A DNA stretch of 25,555 nucleotides from positions 1-25,555 of the forward strand of contig JAYTHY010000098.1 in the NCBI GenBank assembly GCA_043732185.1. The letters are read 5' to 3'. Positions 1 through 9,224 of the stretch are shown here, one piece after another; position 1 is the stretch's first letter; every line of letters begins with the position of its first letter. The translations under genes were made by a program, and so were the position numbers. Under the pieces are notes generated by a model that worked only from the letters and a program-made list of their open reading frames with translations, was not told where the DNA came from and searched no databases. The DNA is from Fibrobacteria bacterium. GTDB taxonomy: Bacteria; Fibrobacterota; Fibrobacteria; UBA11236.

Positions 1-2
1 TC

Positions 3-596
3 AAATGCAAAATGCAATGGATCTGGCTGGGCAAGGGGTTGCGAATTCCGCTGAGTTTGGAGTCTTTACGGGTACCTGAATACTCCCGACTCTTGAGTAA
101 TAAAACAGAGAAGACAATTACTCCTTTAGGTTTGGAAGCATGTAGTACAAAATTGTTCGATAAGAACACGATTTTTATTACTGCAAGAGGAACGGTCGGC
201 AAAATTGTCCTGGCAATGGTACCTATGGCCATGAACCAATCTTGCTACGCACTTCAGCCAAAATCAAAAAAGCATTCATTCTATTATTTTTTGGCTTTAC
301 GAAATGCTGTTCATATCATCAAGGCCACTTCAAATTCTGGAGTCTTCGATAATATCAATACGGATAGCTTCAAGACCTTCGATCTTTTTTGCCCGGCTCA
401 AAAGATGTTGAACGATTTCGAAGAAGGGGTTCAGCCACTTTTTTTACAGATTGAAGGATTATCTAAGAAGCAGGATATTCTTGTCGTTTCCCGCGATCGC
501 CTTCTCTCCCGCCTTATGTCCGGAAAAATCGACCTCGAACACCTCGACATCCACTTCCCCCCCAGCATGCGCGAAGAAGAGGTGGCCCATGCCTGA
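3..596 (+). CDS. hsdS: Type I restriction-modification specificity subunit, C-terminal part (second TRD plus conserved helix); 5' end outside the window or disrupted
   Basis: TRD-type motifs TEKTITPLGL..STKLF..NTIFITARGTVGK, MAMNQSCYAL, SGVFDNI and the C-terminal SRDRLLSRLMSGKID helix; lies upstream of hsdR. HsdS-like sequence only becomes apparent at about nt 98. Confidence 0.9.
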   Translation, partial: KCKMQWIWLGKGLRIPLSLESLRVPEYSRLLSNKTEKTITPLGLEACSTKLFDKNTIFITARGTVGKIVLAMVPMAMNQSCYALQPKSKKHSFYYFLALRNAVHIIKATSNSGVFDNINTDSFKTFDLFCPAQKMLNDFEEGVQPLFLQIEGLSKKQDILVVSRDRLLSRLMSGKIDLEHLDIHFPPSMREEEVAHA

Positions 597-975
597 ATCC
601 CCCCTCCCCACTTCCTATGCCTCCTGGATCGCGGACCTCAAGCAGCAAATCGCCCAGGCCCGCCAGCGCGCGGCTTTGTCCCTCAATACCGTCCTCATCG
701 AACTCTACTGGCAAATCGGCAAGTCGATGGTGGAGAAGGAAAAGGCCGCGGAGTGGGGCAGCGGATTCATCGACCGCATGTCTCGGGATCTCACCCATGA
801 CTTTCCGGACATGAAAGGGTTTTCCCGGCGCAATCTGTACGTGATTCGGCAGTGGTTTCTGTTTTACTCGGCCCGGTTTGCAATTGTGCCACAGGCTGGG
901 GCACAAATACCTTGGACCTATAATCGGCTTATTTTGAATAAAATCAGAGGTATCGGTGAAATTATCCATGTCTGA
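589..975 (+). pseudogene. Truncated DUF1016/YhcG-family protein (N-terminal domain only, 128 aa)
   Basis: Starts at an ATGCCTGA overlap with the hsdS stop. Contains LYWQIG, WGSGFIDRMSRDL..FPDMKGFSRRNL..IRQW and IPWTYN (DUF1016 N-terminal motifs) but stops before the PDDEXK domain. Confidence 0.85.
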
Positions 976-2011
976 AAAGAATCCATCCAAAACTTCCAAA
1001 GGCGACTACAGCAACCTCTTGAATGATGTTCGGGCTATTCTCGCTCAAGCACGGCAAAAAGCTTACGTGGCCGTCAATTATGCGATGGTTGAGTGTTATT
1101 GGCAAATAGGCCGGCGCATCGTCGAAGAAGAGCAAAAAGGCAGCCAACGTGCCGACTACGGCACGCAAGTGGTTCGGGAGCTTTCCCGGTCCCTTTCTGA
1201 GGAGTTTGGTGGAGGTTTTTCCTATGCCAATATCAAGAATTTCAAGCAATTTTATCTTGTTTATCCCGATCATGGAAAAGGCTACGCACTGCGTAGCCTT
1301 TTGGGTTGGACTCATTATCGGCTGATTATGCGGGTTGAAAACCCTGCAGCCCGTGAATATTACATGAAGGAAGCGGCCGACCAAAACTGGAGCTCACGCA
1401 TTCTTGAACGCAATATCCATACCCACTATTATGAGCGATTATTGAGCGCTCCCGACAAGTCCGCTGCCTTGAGCGAACAAGCGACAATGGAGCAAAACCA
1501 ACCTCGCGATTTTATCAAAGATCCCTATGTCCTTGAATTTTTAGGCCTACCGGAAAGCCACACAACTCTGGAAAAGGATATTGAACAAGCCATCGTCAGC
1601 AACTTGCAGAAGTTCCTCCTGGAAATGGGAAAGGGTTTTGCATTTATTGGTCGCCAATTCCGTATTAGTACGGAAACGAGCCATTTCTATATCGATTTGG
1701 TGCTCTATAATGTCCTTCTCAAATGCTATGTGTTGATCGACCTCAAAGCCGATAAGCTAACCCATCAAGACGTCGGGCAAATGGACATGTACGTACGCAT
1801 GTTCGACGACCTGAAACGCCAAGCGGACGATAACCCCACCACTGGAATAATCTTATGCTCACAGAGAGATGAAACCATTGTACGGTATTCCGTGCTGAAG
1901 GAAAGTGAACAAATATTTGCATCCAAGTACCGGCTGGTTTTACCCACCGAAGAAGAATTAAAAATCGAATTGGAACGGGAACGCAAACTACTGGATGCCA
2001 AGCATGCCTAA
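968..2011 (+). CDS. yhcG: DUF1016/YhcG-family PDDEXK nuclease-domain protein, full length
   Basis: Motifs YWQIGRRIVEEEQ, LGWTHYRLIM, IKDPYVLEFL, FLLEMGKGFAFIGRQ, FYIDLVLYN..CYVLIDLK, DVGQMDMYV, DNPTTGIILC. Confidence 0.93.
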   Translation: MSEKNPSKTSKGDYSNLLNDVRAILAQARQKAYVAVNYAMVECYWQIGRRIVEEEQKGSQRADYGTQVVRELSRSLSEEFGGGFSYANIKNFKQFYLVYPDHGKGYALRSLLGWTHYRLIMRVENPAAREYYMKEAADQNWSSRILERNIHTHYYERLLSAPDKSAALSEQATMEQNQPRDFIKDPYVLEFLGLPESHTTLEKDIEQAIVSNLQKFLLEMGKGFAFIGRQFRISTETSHFYIDLVLYNVLLKCYVLIDLKADKLTHQDVGQMDMYVRMFDDLKRQADDNPTTGIILCSQRDETIVRYSVLKESEQIFASKYRLVLPTEEELKIELERERKLLDAKHA

Positions 2012-5000
2012 CTTCATCTCCGAAGACGATATCGAAAGAGCCGCCGTCCGCCTGCTCACGGACAAGCACGGTTACCGCACCCTCAACTGCCACACGGTGG
2101 ATCTCGAAGACCTGAACGACAAGTCCCATCGCATTAGCAAGCAAGACGTGGTGCTGCTGGATGTTCTCGCTGCCCGCGTCAAGGCGCTGAACCCGCATAT
2201 CCCCACCGACGTGATTGCGCAAGCCATCGAGCAATTGACCTCCAGTCGCTCCGCCATGTCTCCGATCCTGGCAAATAAAACCGTGTATGGATTGCTACGG
2301 GACGGCATCAAAGTGGAATTCGATAATGCCCAAGGGAAAGTGGAAAAGGAAATTGTAAAGCTGATCGATTTCGAGCATCCGGAAGCCAACGACTTTTGCG
2401 CCGTCACCCAGCTTTGGATCAAGGGAGATCGTTATCCTCGCCGTCCGGACATCTTGATTTACATCAATGGAATGCCGCTCGTCTTTATCGAACTCAAGAA
2501 TTCCAACGTCAAGGTTCAGAACGCCTACGATGAGAACCTGACCAATTACAAAAAAGACATCCCGATTCTTTTCCATTACAATGCTTTCTGTATTCTCTCC
2601 AACGCCCAGGAAACCAAGGTCGGCAGTGCTACGGCGGGCTACGAGCATTTCTTCAACTGGCTGCGAGCGGATGACGAAAAAGAAAAAGTCAATCGCAAGG
2701 GAATTGTCGCCACGGGGACCAGTCTGGAACGGGCTATCGATGGGTTGCTGGCTAAGGATCGCCTGCTCGACTACATCGAAAACTTTATTCTCTATTACAA
2801 GGATCATTTCAAAATCATCGCCCAGAACCATCAATTCCTGGGGGTGAACAAAGCCATCGCTTCGTTTGAAAATCGAGCCGAACGCCAAGGTCGACTGGGT
2901 GTGTTCTGGCATACGCAGGGATCGGGCAAAAGCTTTTCCATGATTTTCCTGTCTCGCAAGGTGTTCCACAAATACACGGGCAATTACACCTTTGTCGTAG
3001 TCACGGATCGCGATGATTTGGACGGCCAGATCTACCGTAACTTCCTGGATACGGAGACGGTAAAAAAGGAGGAAGCCGCCCAGCCCAAGAATGGCGAGCA
3101 GATGCGCGAATTCCTGGGGCAAAACAAACGCCTCGTGTTTACCTTGATCCAAAAGTTCCGTTACGACAAGGGCAAGGAATACCCGGTCCTATCGAATCGC
3201 GACGACATCATCGTCATCGTCGATGAGGCGCATCGCACCCAGTACGCCTCTCTGGCCGAGAATATGCGCAAGGGCTTGCCCAACGCTCAGTACTTCGCCT
3301 TTACCGGTACGCCGCTGCTGGGCAAAGAACGCAAGACCAATGCCTGGTTCGGCGACTATGTCAGCGAATACAACTTTGTCCAATCCGTGGATGATGGCGC
3401 CACGGTCCCCTTGTTCTATCAAAAGCGCCGCCCTGAGGTTCAAATCCAAAACGAAACACTAGGAGACGATTTTTATCAGGTCCTGGAAGAAGCGGGCCTG
3501 GACGACAAGGCTCAGGAAAAATTGGAAAACGAGTTCGGCAAGGAAATCGAAGTCATCAAGCGGGATGATCGTCTTGAAACGATTGCTAAAGATATAGTGG
3601 CCCATTTTCCAAACCGCGGCTACCTGGGCAAAGGCATGGTGGTTTCCATCGACAAGTTCACTTCCGTGAAAATGTACGACAAGGTGCAGAAACATTGGAA
3701 GGATGCGGTCAAGCGCCTGGTTGGGGATATCGGGAAAACGACGGATCCCGGAAAGAAGGAGCGTCTTCAGAAGTCCTTGGAATACATGCGTGCGGTGGAG
3801 ATGGCGGTAGTCATCAGTGAGGACAGCGGTGAGGAAGAAAGGTTTGCTGCCCAGGGCCTGGACATCAAGCCCCACCGGAAAAAGCTGGCGGCCATCGATG
3901 CCAACGGCCACGATCTGGAATACCGGTTCAAGGAACCAGAAGACCCGATGCAATTGGTATTTGTATGCGCCATGTGGCTGACCGGGTTCGATGCACCTAC
4001 TATTTCCACACTCTATCTGGACAAGCCCATGCAAGGGCACACCCTGATGCAGACCATCGCCCGAGCCAACCGCGTGACGTCGCATCTTGTTCGCGGTATC
4101 CCCAAACGGAACGGCGAAGTGGTGGACTATTACAACGTATTCGCCAATATGAAAAAGGCTCTCGCGGACTACGCCCTTGGAGACGACAAAAACAAGGACA
4201 ATCAGGAACCGGTCCAGGACAAATCCTGTCTGTTTCAATTGTTGGACGATGCCTTGGCCGAAGGCACAAAATACTGTGACACTTTGGACATTCCACTAAA
4301 GGACCTGTTGGCTACAGGCGAAACTTTTGCCAAGGCAGGTCTATTCCAAACCTTCGCAGATAAGTTGCTGGCGCAAGACCGCTTCTGGCGCGAGTTCAAG
4401 GTGTATGAAAACACCATTTCCTCCCTATACGAAGCGTGCAAGCCGGAAGTCCTGCAGGGACAATTTCGCCCCATGATTGCCGTGGTCCAATACCTCCGTG
4501 GCGTGGTGGAAAGCCAAATCGGCAAGGCGGATATCGAAGCCGTAAAGCGCAAAATCAGCGACCTGCTGGATATCAGTATCGTGACAACCCCACACGACGA
4601 TTTGGTGAAAGCGCCGCATCCGGAATACAGCGCCATCCGGGATGGAAAGGTCATCGACTTGAGTCGGATCGATTTCGATCACATCAAGGAGCAATTCAAA
4701 GCCACCGCGTACAAGAATATCGAAATCGTAAATCTGCGGGATTTCATCCAGAAAAAACTGGACGCCATGCTGCAGGACAACAGCACGCGTACGGATTTCG
4801 CCGAGAAACTTCAGGATATCATCAACAAATACAATTCAGGCGGCATCGCCACGGAAGATTATTTCGCCGACTTGGTGGAATATGCCCAAGGCTTACAGGC
4901 GGAAGAAGAGCGTCATATCAAAGAAGGCCTGACTCCAGACGAACTGGAGTTGTTCGATATTCTGAAAAAGGAAAACCTGACTAAGGCCGAGGAGATCAAG

Positions 5001-5228
5001 GTTAAAAACGCGGCCCGGCATCTGCTGAAGCGATTGGTGGAAGAGCAGCCCAAGGTGCTGGTGCAGGATTGGTTCAAGGACCGGCAAAGCCAAATCAAGG
5101 TCCAGACGGCCATCGAAACCGTACTGAATGACGATCTTCCCGAATCCTATGAAAAGGACGTGTTCAAATCAAAAAGCGGCAAGCTTTTCGATTTGGTATT
5201 TGAATACGCGTCCCGTGGAATGAAATGA
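2004..5228 (+). CDS. hsdR: Type I restriction endonuclease subunit R
   Basis: Nuclease motif PDILIYINGMPLVFIELK, Walker A HTQGSGKS, DEAH box, FAFTGTP, MWLTGFDAP, MQTIARANR; start overlaps the upstream stop (ATGCCTAA). Confidence 0.97.
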   Translation: MPNFISEDDIERAAVRLLTDKHGYRTLNCHTVDLEDLNDKSHRISKQDVVLLDVLAARVKALNPHIPTDVIAQAIEQLTSSRSAMSPILANKTVYGLLRDGIKVEFDNAQGKVEKEIVKLIDFEHPEANDFCAVTQLWIKGDRYPRRPDILIYINGMPLVFIELKNSNVKVQNAYDENLTNYKKDIPILFHYNAFCILSNAQETKVGSATAGYEHFFNWLRADDEKEKVNRKGIVATGTSLERAIDGLLAKDRLLDYIENFILYYKDHFKIIAQNHQFLGVNKAIASFENRAERQGRLGVFWHTQGSGKSFSMIFLSRKVFHKYTGNYTFVVVTDRDDLDGQIYRNFLDTETVKKEEAAQPKNGEQMREFLGQNKRLVFTLIQKFRYDKGKEYPVLSNRDDIIVIVDEAHRTQYASLAENMRKGLPNAQYFAFTGTPLLGKERKTNAWFGDYVSEYNFVQSVDDGATVPLFYQKRRPEVQIQNETLGDDFYQVLEEAGLDDKAQEKLENEFGKEIEVIKRDDRLETIAKDIVAHFPNRGYLGKGMVVSIDKFTSVKMYDKVQKHWKDAVKRLVGDIGKTTDPGKKERLQKSLEYMRAVEMAVVISEDSGEEERFAAQGLDIKPHRKKLAAIDANGHDLEYRFKEPEDPMQLVFVCAMWLTGFDAPTISTLYLDKPMQGHTLMQTIARANRVTSHLVRGIPKRNGEVVDYYNVFANMKKALADYALGDDKNKDNQEPVQDKSCLFQLLDDALAEGTKYCDTLDIPLKDLLATGETFAKAGLFQTFADKLLAQDRFWREFKVYENTISSLYEACKPEVLQGQFRPMIAVVQYLRGVVESQIGKADIEAVKRKISDLLDISIVTTPHDDLVKAPHPEYSAIRDGKVIDLSRIDFDHIKEQFKATAYKNIEIVNLRDFIQKKLDAMLQDNSTRTDFAEKLQDIINKYNSGGIATEDYFADLVEYAQGLQAEEERHIKEGLTPDELELFDILKKENLTKAEEIKVKNAARHLLKRLVEEQPKVLVQDWFKDRQSQIKVQTAIETVLNDDLPESYEKDVFKSKSGKLFDLVFEYASRGMK

Positions 5229-5257
5229 GCGGCGTAAATGGGTGAGGGGAATACGAA

Positions 5258-5485
5258 GTGCTTCCTGATTTCAGTCGGTATTGGAATGGTTTTACCTCGT
5301 TTCCGGAGGAAATACTTTCTCTGAAAAACCTGAGGCGTTTAAACAAAAACGTTGGACTCAAAATCAAAATGGGAAATAATTATTTGAAAATAAAGGACCA
5401 ACAGAAGCTGCGCTCAGAATATCCGAACATCGAATTCAACTTTGAAGATACATACGATGGCGAAAGTAAAAATGAAGAAAAATAA
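5258..5485 (+). pseudogene. Probable C-terminal remnant of a leucine-rich-repeat protein
   Basis: One LRR-like unit (NGFTSFPEEILSLKNLRRLN) and a cap-like tail (QQKLRSEYPNIEFNF); AT-rich, no convincing start. Confidence 0.45.
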
Positions 5486-5487
5486 TT

Positions 5488-6129
5488 CTACTTGATTAGC
5501 CCGTAGGCCTTTTGGGTGGCGACTCTTTCATCCGCACTGAACGGGCCGTTGAAATTTTCGATTGTACTCGGAACTCGATGCTTTGAATCGATTAGGTTCA
5601 AAGTGGTAATTGCATCGTCCTGGACGAGCACGGGAATATGAGAGTCACCCATGTGAAATGTACGAGAAATGCTTTTATCCTTGAGGAGAGGGATGACTTT
5701 GTCGGTCCAATCCGGTGAAAGCAAATACTGGATTACCTTAAGAGCCTTGCCTTTTGTTTTAGAATCTCCATGGGTAAGATCGAATTCGATTTTCCGAATC
5801 TCTTTCAGAAATCCTAATTTTGCTAAGCCCCAATGGTATTTCTCCAATATTTCCGGATGCCGTTCCTTCTTCTTGAGAACGAGAAGAGGTTCAAGGGCAT
5901 TTGGATTTTTGGTATTGCCCACTGCCAAAATCAGTTCGGTTAGGTGCAAATCGTCATAGGGTTGGGAATATTCTTTTTCGAGTGCGGACAATAGAGCTGG
6001 AGCATCTTCTGGCATAGCTGCTTCCTGGGCTTCAAGCATGCTTCCGACCAATGGAAAAAAACCGAGAACCAGTTTGCGCCACAATTGAAATCCAATTTGG
6101 CCCCCCGATTTTGAGCCTGGTTGTACCAT
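5488..6129 (-). CDS. HEAT-repeat-like exported protein, shortened paralog of 8373-9224 (orphan immunity candidate); start uncertain
   Basis: Aligns by hand almost gap-free to the C-terminal ~174 aa of 8373-9224 at about 45% identity (LAKLGF, PDW..KVIPLL, identical end AYGLIK); signal-like segment WRKLVLGFFPLVGSMLEA. Confidence 0.8.
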   Translation of the reverse strand: MVQPGSKSGGQIGFQLWRKLVLGFFPLVGSMLEAQEAAMPEDAPALLSALEKEYSQPYDDLHLTELILAVGNTKNPNALEPLLVLKKKERHPEILEKYHWGLAKLGFLKEIRKIEFDLTHGDSKTKGKALKVIQYLLSPDWTDKVIPLLKDKSISRTFHMGDSHIPVLVQDDAITTLNLIDSKHRVPSTIENFNGPFSADERVATQKAYGLIK

Positions 6130-6340
6130 TTTATATCCCGTGAACGAATGCAAGATAAACTAAGCAATAACAATGTACACCTTGTGTTAAATAGGCGTCA
6201 ATATTCAGGCAATAGAGCGATGTGCTTGCCAATGCAGAAAGCTGGAGAATCAGTAAGTTACGGTGGTTTTAACTAAATTAAGGGCCAATAAATTTTTCGT
6301 CGATTCAATCACAGCGGCCCTTTTTGGGGTGGATTTTCAT

Positions 6341-7072
6341 ATGAGAAATATAAAAATTATGACCGCATTGTTACAATCAATGCTAGTGGTGATTTTGGTA
6401 ACGGGATGCGCGTTGAGAAAAAACTATGTGTCAAACGATATTTATAAAGATGAAAAAAAAGTCCACCTCTATATTTGCCCGGTTAAGCCAAGTGACATAA
6501 CATTTAATTCCAAATTAATTACTGCCGCATTTAAAAAGGAATTCAATATAAAGACGGATTCGAATGCCTATAGTGAAATGGCCAATCTGGTAAACAAAAA
6601 TTTCAAAAAATGCTTTGTGCAGTACAATTCAAAATTCAAAAAAATCGATACGCTACCATTAATTGTCGACAGCTTGAAGTTCCTCGCCACCTCTATGTTG
6701 GACACCGGTGCGGGAATTAAAATGAAGTTGCAGGTTGCCATTCCAAATAGGGAGCAATTAGTTCAAAGCGGGATCGAAGATCGGTTCATTCTGGTAACGG
6801 ACAGCCTGAATTTTCAATATTTATTAACCAATTGTGGTGCGTTCTCCCAGTGCAAATATTTGGCTTTCACCTTAAAGTATGCTATTTGGGATTACCAGAA
6901 TGCGGAAGTAGTATCCATAGGGACGTCGTTTGGGATTGTTTCTGCAGGAACATATATAGCTAGAGATGACTGGGCTACTATAGTGGAGTATGCCGGATTA
7001 TTGATTCTTAAGCGTTCCCCATTCTACGACTATAGATCCAGGGAGTTTCAAGATGGTGGGTCGTTGCATTGA
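6341..7072 (+). CDS. Hypothetical lipoprotein
   Basis: MRNIKIMTALLQSMLVVILVTG-C lipobox; AT-rich ORF of 243 aa. Confidence 0.75.
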   Translation: MRNIKIMTALLQSMLVVILVTGCALRKNYVSNDIYKDEKKVHLYICPVKPSDITFNSKLITAAFKKEFNIKTDSNAYSEMANLVNKNFKKCFVQYNSKFKKIDTLPLIVDSLKFLATSMLDTGAGIKMKLQVAIPNREQLVQSGIEDRFILVTDSLNFQYLLTNCGAFSQCKYLAFTLKYAIWDYQNAEVVSIGTSFGIVSAGTYIARDDWATIVEYAGLLILKRSPFYDYRSREFQDGGSLH

Positions 7073-7114
7073 ATGAATGGGCTTAGCTCAACATACTGCT
7101 CTATAGACCTATCA

Positions 7115-8359
7115 TTATTCTCCTAGCATAAATCGCTGCATTCCGCCAAGACGAAATCGAAGTTGAAATTCATTTCCCGTACCATCGGGCTGTGGGCCGG
7201 TTTTCATAAAAAAACTTTTGAACAACATGCCAATTTCCACCCCTATGAGATAGCGCTCGGAAAATTTTAAATCAGAACCAACTCCCAATAAAAAACCTTC
7301 GGTATTCTTCAAAAAACCAGGAGTTTTTAGCTCGTTTCCATTTACAAAAATAGCCCTTTCCTTAAAGGCCAACTTTGCCATACCCATGTATCCGTATAAG
7401 CCGATATCAACTGCCGTAGTTGCAAATGATCCACCAAGGATAATTTCTAAGGAATAGTCCGATCTATCAATGACCCATTGGTCTATTTTCGTTGCCAGCA
7501 AAGTGTCTTTATTAATGGCATTCAGTATTTTTCCATTCAATAAAAAATTCGAAAGACCATAGCCTAATCGAAGCCCTATGATATTTCGGTAAGAAATAAA
7601 AGTTCGGAAAGAAAGTGGGAATCCGTCAAATTCCGCGAAGTCATTGAAATCAAAGCGCTGTAGTGGATATTGGGGAAAACTTGCCGGTATATTTGGATCT
7701 GCCGACTCATCGTTCGACATGCCTGCATAAACGCCTACGCTGGCCTCAATGCCGAGGTCTATGCAATTTGGTGAATGTGAAACGACTTCTCCGCTATGGT
7801 AGACCTTTTTAGCGCGAGTAGTATCGTTTTCATCCTTTTGGGATAAAAACTTTTGGTGTGCCAAATCAATATCTATTTGTTTGAGGGACGTACTAAGATC
7901 AGGACATTGCACCTTACCGGCCGCTAAAGGTGCGTATGAATTTCGAAATAGAATGAGGTACGCGCAGGAATCGCCTCTTTGCTTTAGCACAATAAGCGGT
8001 TTTTTAAGATGATCGAAAAATGTTTCTTGCTCGGGTTTATGGGTAGAAAGATCGTTTGGTTTAGAGCCAGAGTAAAGATTGAGAAATGCCCAATAGAGAT
8101 AGCCATCTTGATCGCTGGAATCGGGAGAATAGGGGCGGATAAGACAGGAAGCAGGATAAATGGGGGCGTCAATTTTTTTACAATTCCAGCTAGAATCGCT
8201 ATTGGGTGAAAGTGTATCCGTTCTCCAAACCATCAAATCAACGGTCTTGTTTTCGGGGAGCACGCGGGCTTTCATAAAAATTGAGTTGGCCATGGAATCG
8301 CTGGGCGCTAAAAATCCAAATAATACCAACAAGAAATAAAGTGCTGAATAAAAACGCAT
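7115..8359 (-). CDS. Exported protein with a probable C-terminal outer-membrane beta-barrel
   Basis: Signal peptide MRFYSALYFLLVLFGFLAPSDSMA; C-terminal half has alternating amphipathic strands (IIGLRLGYGL, DIGLYGYMG, YLIGVEIGM, FQLRFRLGG); starts 13 nt after the stop of 8373-9224. Confidence 0.7.
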   Translation of the reverse strand: MRFYSALYFLLVLFGFLAPSDSMANSIFMKARVLPENKTVDLMVWRTDTLSPNSDSSWNCKKIDAPIYPASCLIRPYSPDSSDQDGYLYWAFLNLYSGSKPNDLSTHKPEQETFFDHLKKPLIVLKQRGDSCAYLILFRNSYAPLAAGKVQCPDLSTSLKQIDIDLAHQKFLSQKDENDTTRAKKVYHSGEVVSHSPNCIDLGIEASVGVYAGMSNDESADPNIPASFPQYPLQRFDFNDFAEFDGFPLSFRTFISYRNIIGLRLGYGLSNFLLNGKILNAINKDTLLATKIDQWVIDRSDYSLEIILGGSFATTAVDIGLYGYMGMAKLAFKERAIFVNGNELKTPGFLKNTEGFLLGVGSDLKFSERYLIGVEIGMLFKSFFMKTGPQPDGTGNEFQLRFRLGGMQRFMLGE

Positions 8360-8372
8360 TGGAAAAGAGCTC

Positions 8373-9224
8373 CTATTTGATAAGGCCGTAGGCCGTTTGG
8401 GCTTGGTGTAATTCTTCCGAGCTGAAAGGGTTTCCGAATATATCCGAAACTTCAAATGGAATTTTCTTTTCCGGATCGATAATGCCCAGAGTGGCTATGG
8501 CTTCGTCGCAAACTCGAATTGAAAAAGTGGCGGGCCCCATGGAAGTATGCCGTGCTACCAATTTATTCGTAAGCAATGGAATTACTTTGGGAATCCAATC
8601 CGGTTTATGGATATAGCGCAGCGTAGTCAGAGCTTTTGCCTTGTCCGCAGGAGAGCCGTGTTCTAGGGCAAAGGTTAGTTTGCGGGTTTCCTTGATGAAT
8701 CCAAGTTTCGCCAAGGCCTTGTCATAGGCCTCCAACGTTTCCAAGGCTTTTTCTTTTTTCCGTAAAGTTAATAGCGGCTCTACCATCCCAGAATCTCCAG
8801 TGTTCCCTAGGGCCAAAAGGAGATTCACATTCGTTTCATCGTTGGCAGTTGAGGGATAGCGCAATTCCAGTTCGCTGTACAATCGTTTGGCGTCGGAAGG
8901 TTTTCCATGTTCGAGGAGCATTTCCGAGGATCGATATTGCAGGGCCGCGTCTTTGTCTTTAAGTCCTTTGAACAGCAATTCCCGACTCCAATCCGTCTGT
9001 AGCCGATCGGAAATTTCCAGTACCAGTTCCCGGCTTTTTGTAGAACCGGATTGATAGGTAGTCAAAAAAGAATAGTCCCCGGCCTTGTTGGGGTCCAATT
9101 CTTTCATCAGTGAGCGATCGGCTTTATCAATGCGTGCTTTAATCGAATTTTGATCCATAGGGCTTCCTTTGCTTGGGCCGGCAAGTAATAATAGTGTGAC
9201 GAATAGCACTTTAAAATCAGGCAT
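8373..9224 (-). CDS. Exported HEAT-repeat-like protein, putative cognate immunity protein of the upstream metallopeptidase
   Basis: Signal peptide MPDFKVLFVTLLLLAGPSKG; HEAT-like units (LLFKGLKDKDAALQYRSSEML, LLALGNTGDSGMVEPLL); start overlaps the upstream stop by 8 nt (ATGCCTGA). Confidence 0.75.
   Translation of the reverse strand: MPDFKVLFVTLLLLAGPSKGSPMDQNSIKARIDKADRSLMKELDPNKAGDYSFLTTYQSGSTKSRELVLEISDRLQTDWSRELLFKGLKDKDAALQYRSSEMLLEHGKPSDAKRLYSELELRYPSTANDETNVNLLLALGNTGDSGMVEPLLTLRKKEKALETLEAYDKALAKLGFIKETRKLTFALEHGSPADKAKALTTLRYIHKPDWIPKVIPLLTNKLVARHTSMGPATFSIRVCDEAIATLGIIDPEKKIPFEVSDIFGNPFSSEELHQAQTAYGLIK

Noticed and set aside
2072..5113. Long antisense and alternate-frame ORFs over hsdR (similarly over vgrG, eboF and the cyclase)
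   Set aside because: Shadows of GC3-biased real genes, with no recognisable motifs or RBS.
5226..5228. TGA read as Trp (alternative genetic code) at the end of hsdR
   Set aside because: TGA is a true stop at several coupled junctions (596, 14097, 15194, 24908) and Trp is encoded by TGG throughout.
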